41,481 nt of DNA from a bacterium (GCA_043811375.1 JBDRNJ010000050.1:1-41481); one strand, 5' to 3'; numbered from the stretch's first letter, positions 8,957-18,089 are shown. Notes: generated by a model not told the origin, from the letters alone. Numbers and translations: made by a program.

Positions 8957-9273
8957 TTATGACAACCAATGATGACATTGCCGGCAAACGGATTGTTAAA
9001 ACAGTCGGTCTTGTCAAAGGCAATACGATCCGGGCGCGCCATCTGGGGCGGGACATTGCAGCTTTTCTGCGCTGTATAGTCGGCGGTGAAGTCAAGGAGT
9101 ACACCAAGCTTATTGCCGAAGCCCGCGAACAGGCTCTGGACCGAATGGTTGACGACGCCAAGGCCAAGGGAGCCAATGCCGTAATAATGCTCCGTTTTTC
9201 CACTTCCCAGATCATGCAGGGAGCTGCCGAGCTGCTGGCTTATGGTACGGCGGTGGTGGTAGAGGAAAAGTAG
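8953..9273 (+). CDS. YbjQ / UPF0145 family protein
   Basis: 'TT.DIAGK.I....GLVKG.TIRARHLGRDI.A.LR..VGGEVKEYT.L..EAREQA..RM...A...GANAVI..RF.TS.I..GAAELLAYGTAV'. Confidence 0.95.
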   Translation: MIMTTNDDIAGKRIVKTVGLVKGNTIRARHLGRDIAAFLRCIVGGEVKEYTKLIAEAREQALDRMVDDAKAKGANAVIMLRFSTSQIMQGAAELLAYGTAVVVEEK

Positions 9274-9431
9274 GGCTGCACCCATAAGGTAATAAATACA
9301 ACCTGCGCAGTGTGTGGGGCCAGTCGACTCATCACCCAGACGGTTGCGAATCAAGCCTGAATCGCCGATATTAGCATAGTTGGACTTACCGTCTTGGCGA
9401 ATGTCTTACTGCGAAAGGAGTATCGCATTCA

Positions 9432-10592
9432 ATGGAAAGGCTGTCGGTGTTTTCCCGGTTGATTCCATGGCTCACCGGGGTGGTCTGTCTGATGATATTA
9501 TCGGGATTGGCGACGGCTGCCACTGGTCCGATTTCGTATCAGGGACGGCTGACCGATTCCACCGGGATAGCGATTGAGGACGGAACTTACACGGTTGTTT
9601 TTGCTATCTACGCTGAATCGGCGGGTGGGGCGCGTCTGTGGCTGGAGAGTGCGACGGTAACAACCAGCGACGGCCTGTTTACCCATCAATTAGGATCATC
9701 GGCTCCGTTGCCGCCGACGTTGTTTGCCGACGATGACCGGGTCTACCTTCAGATATCGGTAGACGGCCAGACGCTGTATCCGCGAACCCGGATAGCTTCC
9801 GCTCCCTACGCGGCAACCGCGGCCGGTCTGGCCGTGCGCGATGCCGACGACTCACTGGCCATATTAACCCATGCCGACAGCCACCAGGTGACGCTGTTTG
9901 ACTTCGAAGGCGCCCCGGCCCTGATTCTCCGTGGCGGGGTAGTCGGGGATGAGGCCGCAGTTTTGCCGGACTCGGCTATCAACTCCGAGGAAACGCTGGA
10001 CGAACCGGGTATCGCTGTGGACAAGAACAGCTCGCTGGTTTATCTCACCACTACCAGCATGACCGACATGGTGACGGTGGAGATCACCATCCCTGCCGAC
10101 GGCTACATTGTGTTACACGGCAAGTGTTACCTGATGCTGAGCGGCACTACCGGTCCCAACACGGCACTGGTGCAAATAGACGAAAACGAAGGGGGCGGCA
10201 CTTCTTTTCCGTATTACACCAGGGCCGGTCTGGGCGGCTATGTCAATACCGAGATGAACTACTTTCCGGTCTATGTCACCCGGACATACTACCTGCTGGC
10301 CGGCACCTACACTTTCCGCATGGAAGGGAAGGCGTCCAACTCTCTGCCGGCCGAGGCCAAAAGCTGGGATCACATTCTTACCGCTGTCTTCTATCCCACC
10401 AGCTATGAAGCGGTCATGACCATAACGCCCGATCCGGGTAATCACCCACACGCCATACCGCTGATTATGAATGACTCGACCCATCCCGGTCGTAGCGGTA
10501 CTTACTACGAACTGGACCTGCGCCACTATGAACGGCAGTCTAATGCGACCAAGGAAAAGGGATCGGGCAGCAACAGATCGAGTGATGACTGA
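9432..10592 (+). CDS. Secreted hypothetical protein
   Basis: Signal/TM segment, then an 'ISYQGRLTD..G.....G.Y...F.IY....GG..LW.E......DGLF...LG' domain and 'PRT.I.S.PYA', a module common in FCB-group surface proteins; beta-rich C-terminus. AAGGAG RBS. Confidence 0.8.
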   Translation: MERLSVFSRLIPWLTGVVCLMILSGLATAATGPISYQGRLTDSTGIAIEDGTYTVVFAIYAESAGGARLWLESATVTTSDGLFTHQLGSSAPLPPTLFADDDRVYLQISVDGQTLYPRTRIASAPYAATAAGLAVRDADDSLAILTHADSHQVTLFDFEGAPALILRGGVVGDEAAVLPDSAINSEETLDEPGIAVDKNSSLVYLTTTSMTDMVTVEITIPADGYIVLHGKCYLMLSGTTGPNTALVQIDENEGGGTSFPYYTRAGLGGYVNTEMNYFPVYVTRTYYLLAGTYTFRMEGKASNSLPAEAKSWDHILTAVFYPTSYEAVMTITPDPGNHPHAIPLIMNDSTHPGRSGTYYELDLRHYERQSNATKEKGSGSNRSSDD

Positions 10593-10596
10593 CGGC

Positions 10597-10636
10597 GCAG
10601 GAAGGCCCACTTGGGGCTTGACATTCATTTTGTCAC
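10597..10636 (+). repeat. REP element copy 2 (doublet truncated after the linker)
   Basis: GCAG-GAAGGCCC-ACTTG-GGGCTTGAC-ATTCATTTT-GTCAC, 4 nt after the stop of 9432..10592. Near-identical to the reverse complement of 2408-2437. Confidence 0.75.
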
Positions 10637-10794
10637 TATGTTTTCTAAGACAATGAAGGTTGGAACCCCTGCGGTTCCGATTTATTGTGAACCCGACATT
10701 CTGCACTGATGGCGTTGAGATGAAAGAAGTTCTGCACGAAAAGAAGAAGTCGCGGTAACTTGTTATACGGAAACGAACAGTCTGTGATTGCCGT

Positions 10795-10813
10795 ATTATA
10801 CAGACTGTATAAT
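10795..10813. promoter_or_regulatory. Perfect 9-1-9 palindrome containing TATAAT, upstream of the TIR gene
   Basis: ATTATACAG-A-CTGTATAAT. The right arm ends in a consensus -10 hexamer. No good -35 at 17 bp. Confidence 0.45.
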
Positions 10814-10864
10814 CATTGTTAGGTGGCTGCACATGAAACAGTGTCCAGGACGGAGGGGCAGAGT

Positions 10865-11575
10865 GTGAGCCTTGTATTTATCAGCTACTCGCATGTCGAT
10901 TCGGAAACCGCAGATTCCGTCGCGCACGTGCTTGATGAGTTGGGTATCGAGTACTTCCGCGATGTCAAGCACATTGAATGGGGACGCCCTATCGGTGCAG
11001 AGGTCCGCGAAGCGCTCGAGGTTTGCGTTTCCGTACTCGTCATCCTCTCACCCGCCAGCCTCAAGTCCCAGTGGGTTTCCTACGAGGTGGGCTTTGGGAG
11101 AGCTTTGCACAAGCGTGTGCTGCCCTTCCTAACGCATCCCTCCCTCGATGTTCCCGGGTACATGAGCGATCTGAGGCGGCTTTCCAGCATTGACGACATG
11201 CGTGAATATCTGGCGAATGCACCCCTTCCTGAGTCCGTTGAGGTTCCCGAATCGCGGATCGTGCTCGTGCCGGCTGGTGTGGCCAGCAAGATCATCCGAG
11301 TTATGCCGGAGTTGCTCGCAGAGATGCAGCAGGACATCAGAAGTGAGGGAGCTGAACTGGTCCGGGAACTCGTGCTTCTTCCCAGCAAGTTTGTGCCTTT
11401 ATACAATACCAAGAAGCGCTTCAAGTACTACGAGGACGAACACGCTGATCTCGAGAACAAGATCGATTTGCTTGAACAGCTCGGTTTGGTCTACAACGTG
11501 ACGCCCAAAACCACGCCGATCTACCGAATGACTGAGGAGTTCGTCGACTGGTTGAGAGAAGCCGTATTCAAGTAG
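10865..11575 (+). CDS. TIR-domain (TIR_2) protein with C-terminal winged-helix-like domain
   Basis: 'VFISYSH.D', 'YFRD...I.WG', 'LSP.S..SQWV.YEVG' with the conserved catalytic Glu position. GTG start at 10865 behind GGAGGGG. Confidence 0.88.
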   Translation: MSLVFISYSHVDSETADSVAHVLDELGIEYFRDVKHIEWGRPIGAEVREALEVCVSVLVILSPASLKSQWVSYEVGFGRALHKRVLPFLTHPSLDVPGYMSDLRRLSSIDDMREYLANAPLPESVEVPESRIVLVPAGVASKIIRVMPELLAEMQQDIRSEGAELVRELVLLPSKFVPLYNTKKRFKYYEDEHADLENKIDLLEQLGLVYNVTPKTTPIYRMTEEFVDWLREAVFK

Positions 11576-11651
11576 TACGAAGGTAAAAACGATGACACAC
11601 CTTTTAGGTGGGCTACAAACTGTGGAGCGCCAAACGTAAACAGATAGGGAC

Positions 11652-12155
11652 ATGACAACGAAGAGTTCGTTTGAGCCAGTGATACATCGTGATTGTTGGA
11701 TTCTGATACTGGGCACTCTCCCCGGTGACAAATCACTCAGGCTCCGGCAGTACTATTCCAATCCCAGAAACCAGTTCTGGGACATTCTCAACCAAGTTTA
11801 TGGCGAACCCGTTGACGCCTCGTATGAGGGGAGGCTGGCGTTTCTGAGGGACAAGAGGTTAGCGGTGTGGGATGTTCTCAGTTGCGCTGATCGCGTTGGC
11901 AGTCTTGATGGTAACATACGGAACGACGTTGCTAATGATTTTGCTGGGTTGTTCAAGACATATTCCGGATTGAGTACAGTAGCCTTCAATGGTACCCGGG
12001 CAAAGAGCACATTCCGGCGCCTGGTTCTCAAGGAACAGCAACTAAAGATCACCTTGAACCTTGTGACGCTGCCTTCGTCAAGTGTGACTCCGGGTAGGTA
12101 TGTCCTTCCTTTGAAAGAGAAGATCGCTAAGTGGAAGGCTGTTTTGAATCCATGA
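11652..12155 (+). CDS. DNA-deoxyinosine (hypoxanthine-DNA) glycosylase, UDG superfamily family 6
   Basis: 'LILGTLPG..SL...QYY.NPRNQFW', 'WDV...R.GSLD.NI', 'FNG..A', 'LPSSS'. Lacks the GINPG motif of family-2 MUG. Confidence 0.9.
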   Translation: MTTKSSFEPVIHRDCWILILGTLPGDKSLRLRQYYSNPRNQFWDILNQVYGEPVDASYEGRLAFLRDKRLAVWDVLSCADRVGSLDGNIRNDVANDFAGLFKTYSGLSTVAFNGTRAKSTFRRLVLKEQQLKITLNLVTLPSSSVTPGRYVLPLKEKIAKWKAVLNP

Positions 12156-12195
12156 AGCGGTTGTAAACCACGATCACAGATTGCGGCCACACTGA

Positions 12196-12226
12196 CCAAA
12201 AAAGTGGCTTGCCACTGACTTGTCAC
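12196..12226 (-). repeat. 31-bp palindromic element; probable terminator of the 12223..14355 gene
   Basis: Minus strand GTGACAAGTCAGTGGCAAGCCACTTTTTTGG, identical to 35591-35621 (+). Hairpin AGTGGC-AA-GCCACT followed by a T-run; contains the gene's TGA stop. Confidence 0.75.
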
Positions 12227-14355
12227 TTCAGCAGGATCATCTTTTTGGTGGCATGTCGATTGTCGATCTCCAGACGGTAGAAGTAGACACCGCTGGCTAC
12301 CGTTTTGCCTGACTTATCAGTTCCATCCCAGAAAGTGAAGTTGTCGCCGCTTGCTACCGGTCCGTCGATGAGCGTAGCCACATTCTGCCCGAGCACGTTA
12401 TAAACGCACAGGCGCACGTGTCCCCTCTCGGTAAGAGTGAAGTCGATGCGAGTGCCGGTATTGAACGGGTTGGGATAATTCTGCGAAAGAGTGTACGTCG
12501 CCGGCATTTCCTGCGGAGTCGGTGAGGGTTGAAGGTGTACAGGCAGGCGATAGATGTGGATAGCGCCGCCATCGGACGTGGCCAGCACGTTGCCGGAAAC
12601 ATCAATCATCGAGCCGGGCTGTCCCCCAAAGTCCAGCACCTGCGGTATCAAGCCGTCTAATCGGCAGACACAGACTCCCTCCGGCCCCACTGTGTACAGA
12701 CGGTCGCCATAGATAACGGCATCGAGCGCGTAGACCGGTAGTTGGAAACTGGTATCGATCCGGGGCAGCACCGGGTCAGAGTAATCCATCACGACCATTT
12801 GATCCCGGACGAAGACAAGAATGCGTTCTTCAAGGGCCATGATCTTTGCCGGCGGACCGGTTAACGATTTGAACGACTCAAACCGACGCGAGAAGTCCGA
12901 ATCTATACTATAGGCCCAGAGCTGGTTCTTGGAAATGCCCACAAGCAGCAGGGAATCATGCAGCAGTACACTGGAGATACTGCTAAGGGAACTCCAGTTG
13001 CCGACCGAGTGAACACCGGCGTCGTCGGTAACGGCAAAAACCTGGATGTCTCTTTTACCAATGGCAAGAAGCGGGTGGACGGAACCGATCCGGCGACTGT
13101 AGTACTGGATATCACGGACGGTGGAGTCAACAACCGAGATGGAACTCTCCAGGGCAAAACTATCCACGGCGGAACTGTTGGCAATAAAACAGACCGTCCC
13201 CAGCATATGGTAATACACGATCAGTGAATCACCGTTGCGATCGAGGGCTCTGACATTCGTCAGGCCGCTATAAATGGTGTAGTCAGACATGGGTGTGGCG
13301 TCGGCGTCAAACGTGAACACGTCTATGGGATTCTCGCCGCCGCCGGTGAACAGCTTGCCGTCATGAAAGAGAAGGTCATGGATGGGACCACAACGGTACA
13401 GGCCGGGAGTGGCCGGATCGGGTTCCGATAATTGGTACGATGTCAGGCCACCGTTAGTCCCGGGAAGAAGGAGATGACATTGGTCACTTCTCATAAAAAC
13501 GTCACCGGCGATCAGAGTTTCAGACAACGGAACATTACTGCGCACGGAGTGGTCGTTTCGTGAGACAACCTGCATCGAGCGGGGATTGAGAAAGACCAGG
13601 AAAGTATCAATGACCAGCATCTGGTGGGGGAGTTCGATACCGCCGATACGGTCGATGATACCCGAACCGGGGTGTCCGAACTCACCAATCAGGACGCCGT
13701 CATACAAACTGGCCAGCAGCATTACCGAGTCGAGCTTCATAAAGGATGCGACCGGTACCGGTAGCCACAGGTAGTCGACAAACCGGCCGAATCCGGTATC
13801 CGCCAGATCATAACGCATGATACCGTTATATTCGTCAAGTGCATACAGGGTGTCGCCGTCAACTTCAACTTGCGTCATCAGCCTGCCGATCCGACTGAAG
13901 TCAACAAATGTCGCCGAAGAGTATCCGTTCAGGTTGTAACGTCGGATGCCGCCATACCATACCGACAGATACAAATCATTGCCGTGCAGGGTGAAATCAG
14001 CGTAATCCCGGTCGACATCAATTGTTCCCAGGTGTGTCAAATGCGGCAGATTCGCCAGATCATAGACGGCGATGCGATCATCGCTAGTTCGAATCTGTAA
14101 AAGGTTCTGTCGGTGCTTGATGGTTTTAGGGTTGAAATCGACAAACTCGATGTTTTCCGGCACAAACACCGCCAGAGTGTCGTGGTAGCGGCAGACGACA
14201 ATGGTCCCGGGGGCGACACCGACGGCAAAACTGTCAATCACGCATACCGCCGTAAACTTGTTGTACAGGATAGTGTAATCCGGCCCTTCGGTCAGGTCGG
14301 CATGAGCCGACAGGGCACACAGTACCAGCAGTATGACAGACAACGCAGGTTTCAC
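12223..14355 (-). CDS. Secreted beta-propeller (LVIVD-like repeat) protein with T9SS-A/FlgD-type C-terminal domain
   Basis: Signal peptide; repeated beta-blade motifs ('V.GDTLYA.D..NG...YD'); C-terminal 'LSQNYPNPFN..T.I.F......V.L.VYNVLGQ.V.TL......WDG.D..G..VASGVYFYRL......KKMILLK'. Confidence 0.85.
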   Translation of the reverse strand: MKPALSVILLVLCALSAHADLTEGPDYTILYNKFTAVCVIDSFAVGVAPGTIVVCRYHDTLAVFVPENIEFVDFNPKTIKHRQNLLQIRTSDDRIAVYDLANLPHLTHLGTIDVDRDYADFTLHGNDLYLSVWYGGIRRYNLNGYSSATFVDFSRIGRLMTQVEVDGDTLYALDEYNGIMRYDLADTGFGRFVDYLWLPVPVASFMKLDSVMLLASLYDGVLIGEFGHPGSGIIDRIGGIELPHQMLVIDTFLVFLNPRSMQVVSRNDHSVRSNVPLSETLIAGDVFMRSDQCHLLLPGTNGGLTSYQLSEPDPATPGLYRCGPIHDLLFHDGKLFTGGGENPIDVFTFDADATPMSDYTIYSGLTNVRALDRNGDSLIVYYHMLGTVCFIANSSAVDSFALESSISVVDSTVRDIQYYSRRIGSVHPLLAIGKRDIQVFAVTDDAGVHSVGNWSSLSSISSVLLHDSLLLVGISKNQLWAYSIDSDFSRRFESFKSLTGPPAKIMALEERILVFVRDQMVVMDYSDPVLPRIDTSFQLPVYALDAVIYGDRLYTVGPEGVCVCRLDGLIPQVLDFGGQPGSMIDVSGNVLATSDGGAIHIYRLPVHLQPSPTPQEMPATYTLSQNYPNPFNTGTRIDFTLTERGHVRLCVYNVLGQNVATLIDGPVASGDNFTFWDGTDKSGKTVASGVYFYRLEIDNRHATKKMILLK

Positions 14356-17300
14356 TTCACCAGCAGCATTTTCCTGGTGCGCACCGATTGGTCCGTCTGC
14401 AGACGATAGATGTAGATTCCGGTCGCATAGTCGGTTCCGTCAAACCAGATCTGGTGCGGGCCGGACGGAAGTTTGCGTTCCACCAGGGTAGTTACTTTCT
14501 GCCCCAGAATATTGTAAACGTCCAACTTCACCTGGGCGGAAGTTGGGAGTTCAAAACGTATCACGGTGCCGGGATTAAACGGGTTGGGGTAGTTCTGGTA
14601 CAAGATCAGACTGACCGGCAGTTCGGGTTGGCAGTCGTCGTCGACACCGGTGGAACTCCCGGCCGGGGGCAGAGTGTTGGAATTATAGTTATTCATCAAA
14701 AAGCGCCCGGTATTCTTACCATCCTCAACCGAGGCATCGAAGTTCCATACCAGCAGCTCGATGCCATCGCTGATCAGGACCAGTTCCACCAGGCCATCGT
14801 TGTCAACGTCGTCGATAAGAGGGGCGTATCGCGAGGAGAAGACATGTCCCGACCGGGCCGGTGTCGCGATGGGCCAGCCGGGCAATATCTGGGCCGTGTG
14901 ATCAAGGATGTACACCCTTTCCGGACCGGTGCCGGGCAAAAGGTAACCACTGCGCATGATGATCTCCGGATACTCGTCGCCGGTGAGATTGGCTACTACC
15001 GGAGTGCCGAGAGTGACCGGTTCCAAAAACGCCTCGCCGGCCGGTCGGCCCGGACGATTAATATAAGGGCTGCCGTCGGATCGAAATATGTAGAGGGCGG
15101 CAATGTCATATTCAAAGAAGGTGATCAGTATTTCCGGGCTGTCGTCGAGGTCCAGATCGGCCGCGGTCGGATAAGCTCCCAGCCAGCCGGCCACATCCGG
15201 CAGGGTCAGCGGCCAGCCGGGCAGATCGACAGCCACCCGTGCCGAAGTAAAATCCTTGGCCCACAGGTGCGGTATACCGGCGCTGTCTTGACCGGCAGTG
15301 ACGATCTCCGGCAATTGGTCGCCATCCAGATCGGCCAGAACAGTGCCGTAGACGTGGCGTATGGTCTCTATCACGTGGCTGGCGGCTGAAGTGTCGGCCG
15401 CCAATCCGTTGAAGCCTTCGAAAATAGCTAGGCCGGTGTAGGGATATGGTGAACTGTAGCTGGCGACTACTTCAAAGTTGGTAGTGTCACCGTCCAGATC
15501 AGCCGCAGTAACAAACGGTGAATAACTGCCGCCGATGCCATACGATTCCGTCAGCCGGGGGTCCATCGACGTGAACAACCGGCCGTGTGTCCCGAAATAT
15601 TCGTTACCATCGAAACGGTAGGCCATGATATCGCCCACCTTGTTGATGAAGATAATTGCCGAGTCAGGCACAGCGCCGATCACTAGAGTGTCGAGTTGGG
15701 CGATTACCGGGTTGGGGAAGGCGTATTCATACGGTATCATACCCGTCTGGCATGACCGCGACCAGGTTTCATCCGTGGTGTCGTTCATACCGTCGTAGTT
15801 GTAGACGTGCAGGCCGAAGTCACTGGTGCAGATTATTTCATCCTCGCCGTCACCGTCGACATCATGTATGGCCGGCACGCAGCGCATATCTTCGCCGGGG
15901 TTGACCGGAAAGCCATCCATCAGCGAGCCGTCGCTGCCGTTGAACATCAGCAGGCCGCTGCGGGTGCCGACTATGATCTCTTTCGTTCCGTCGTGGTTGA
16001 GATCACAACAGACGGCCGTCATGCCGCCGCGATCGCCCAGCGACTGTGGCCAGCCGTTGGCAAAAGCCGATTTGACCTGCACTGAAACCGAGTCAACCAT
16101 CTGGCCGGATGTGAAATAACCGTGCAGGTAGACGGTAAAGAGGCCGGTATCGGCGCCTGACAGTGACCAGGTGTACATCAGGGAGTCGAAAAACTCACCG
16201 GTGGAAGAGAATAAATACTCCAACGACCTATCGGTAGCACGCGAAAAAACGACCACGGAGTCGAAATCGGGTCCGTAGGCGGAGCCGTGAATGGGGACGC
16301 TGTAGTCAAGTTCCTCTCCGGATTGGGGGGAGATTATCCGGGTAACATTCTGAGTGACACGGACAACAGTGGTGATCTGGGTGGAACCGAACTTGTCGGT
16401 CAGGCGCAAATTGATAAAACCCTCGACAGCCGGATCGGAAAAAATTACGGCCAGCGAGTCAGCCGGAAGGCTGGTGCCCGAGGACAGGAACTGCCATTGC
16501 TCTGATGCCAACCCGACGGAATAGTCCAGTTGCCAACTCCCGCTGTAACCGGCTACCGATGCAATTTTGATCGCGAAATCACCGATGTGCCGGCTGCGCA
16601 GCCTCGGTTCGGCGATGTAGAGTCCGCCGTTTTCTAAAAGGAAGAGCGAGGAGTCGATGTTCAGGTAGCCGAAACCGGAGATAGTATCCGGTCCGACCAG
16701 GGTATCTCCCTGGTTGAGCGGGTCGACCAGGTCGGTAGCGCCATAGAGCAGGATTTCCTGCAATTCTTCGATGGTTAGATCGGGGCGGAACGACAGCATC
16801 AAGGCGGCGGCGCCGACTACCATCGGAGCGGCCATCGAGGTGCCGTCGGACAGGTAGTAGAGACTGTCGTTGCCGACGATACGCACGCCCGGTTCATTCG
16901 CAGGCGGGTCGCCGTACATGTCGGTACCGGCGGCTCGCAGAGAGAGAATATCAAGCCCCGGGGCCACGATATCGACATGGGCTCCATAGGTGGAAAACCA
17001 GGTTTCGTAACCGTCGGAGTTGCCGGCCGCGACCACGAACGTAGAGTCGAAGGCAGCCGGGAAGAAGCGCTGGTTGTCGCCGCTGTTACCGGAAGCGATA
17101 CAGACCAGGACGCCGTTGTGGCGAGCGAAATCAATCGCTTCCTTTAAGATGCTGGACTCGAACGGGGTGCCCCAACTGATGTTGATGACCTGCGCCCCGG
17201 CGTTGACGGCATACATAATGCCGGCAGCCCCCACCGCGGTGCTGGCGTTGGGCCACATTTTAACCGGAATCAAGGTGGCCTGCGGGGCTATACCCACCAC

Positions 17301-18089
17301 CCCCCGGCCGTCGTTGTTGGCCGCCACGATCCCGGCGCAGTGCGTGCCGTGGCCGTAATGGTCGACAGGGTCGTTGTCTCCGACCGGATTAAACAGGTCG
17401 GGAATATCCCCGGACATATCATACCCGAGCGTGTCGTCGATGAATCCGTTGTGGTCATCATCGATGCCGTTACCCGGAATCTCGCCGGGGTTTTTCCAAA
17501 GTCGTCCCTGCAGTTCCGGGTGGGTGGGGTCGATACCGGTGTCGACAATAGCTACCACCACTCGCGTTGTCTCCGCCGGTGGGTGGTCATATTGCCAGGT
17601 GATCCGGACGTCTTTGCCGGAGGTCCCGCTCTTAAGTATCTGGTAGTCGTTGTAGTATCCCTCGACCCGCACGATACCCAGGTACTCCTGGCCGGTATTG
17701 TGTAAATACCACTGATGCCCCAGCAGCGAATCGGTCGGCCAGTCAAACAACTCCAGATAATAGTCGGGTTCAACCAGTTCGACGTTATCGCTGCCGAGCG
17801 CGGTCACGACATCGGCAACCGATGCTGTCCGGTCGGCATCCAGGTAGGCGTAATACCGATCGAATTTTTCAACTCCGGCCAGATCACGTCGAACCTGTAG
17901 CCGGGAAACTTTTTGCAGGCGATCTCGGTCTGACAGTGCCTGGGCCAGACGCGCCGGATTGGCGCTCTTACTGAGTTTGACAATGAATTGACCCGGAATA
18001 GGGCCGGTCGGCTGACTTCGGGAGTTGGCTCCGCCCGCAATCAGGGATAAAAGGACACAAGTAGCCAGATTTGTCAGAAATCTCTTCAT
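14352..18089 (-). CDS. Secreted S8 (subtilisin-like) serine protease with FG-GAP/VCBS-like repeats and T9SS-A-type CTD
   Basis: Catalytic triad IVDTG / HGTHCAG / GTSMAAP, oxyanion SGN; multiple 'DL(D/N).DG..EI' repeats; 'QNYPNPFNP' CTD. 4-nt overlap with the downstream gene. Confidence 0.93.
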   Translation of the reverse strand: MKRFLTNLATCVLLSLIAGGANSRSQPTGPIPGQFIVKLSKSANPARLAQALSDRDRLQKVSRLQVRRDLAGVEKFDRYYAYLDADRTASVADVVTALGSDNVELVEPDYYLELFDWPTDSLLGHQWYLHNTGQEYLGIVRVEGYYNDYQILKSGTSGKDVRITWQYDHPPAETTRVVVAIVDTGIDPTHPELQGRLWKNPGEIPGNGIDDDHNGFIDDTLGYDMSGDIPDLFNPVGDNDPVDHYGHGTHCAGIVAANNDGRGVVGIAPQATLIPVKMWPNASTAVGAAGIMYAVNAGAQVINISWGTPFESSILKEAIDFARHNGVLVCIASGNSGDNQRFFPAAFDSTFVVAAGNSDGYETWFSTYGAHVDIVAPGLDILSLRAAGTDMYGDPPANEPGVRIVGNDSLYYLSDGTSMAAPMVVGAAALMLSFRPDLTIEELQEILLYGATDLVDPLNQGDTLVGPDTISGFGYLNIDSSLFLLENGGLYIAEPRLRSRHIGDFAIKIASVAGYSGSWQLDYSVGLASEQWQFLSSGTSLPADSLAVIFSDPAVEGFINLRLTDKFGSTQITTVVRVTQNVTRIISPQSGEELDYSVPIHGSAYGPDFDSVVVFSRATDRSLEYLFSSTGEFFDSLMYTWSLSGADTGLFTVYLHGYFTSGQMVDSVSVQVKSAFANGWPQSLGDRGGMTAVCCDLNHDGTKEIIVGTRSGLLMFNGSDGSLMDGFPVNPGEDMRCVPAIHDVDGDGEDEIICTSDFGLHVYNYDGMNDTTDETWSRSCQTGMIPYEYAFPNPVIAQLDTLVIGAVPDSAIIFINKVGDIMAYRFDGNEYFGTHGRLFTSMDPRLTESYGIGGSYSPFVTAADLDGDTTNFEVVASYSSPYPYTGLAIFEGFNGLAADTSAASHVIETIRHVYGTVLADLDGDQLPEIVTAGQDSAGIPHLWAKDFTSARVAVDLPGWPLTLPDVAGWLGAYPTAADLDLDDSPEILITFFEYDIAALYIFRSDGSPYINRPGRPAGEAFLEPVTLGTPVVANLTGDEYPEIIMRSGYLLPGTGPERVYILDHTAQILPGWPIATPARSGHVFSSRYAPLIDDVDNDGLVELVLISDGIELLVWNFDASVEDGKNTGRFLMNNYNSNTLPPAGSSTGVDDDCQPELPVSLILYQNYPNPFNPGTVIRFELPTSAQVKLDVYNILGQKVTTLVERKLPSGPHQIWFDGTDYATGIYIYRLQTDQSVRTRKMLLVK

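Noticed and set aside
9270..9306. Fourth REP copy at the YbjQ stop (GTAGGGCTGCA...TACAACCTGC)
   Set aside because: Shares only the GTAGGGC / CCTGC ends with the 2385-2447 doublet; the internal hairpin consensus is absent, so it is too degenerate to call.
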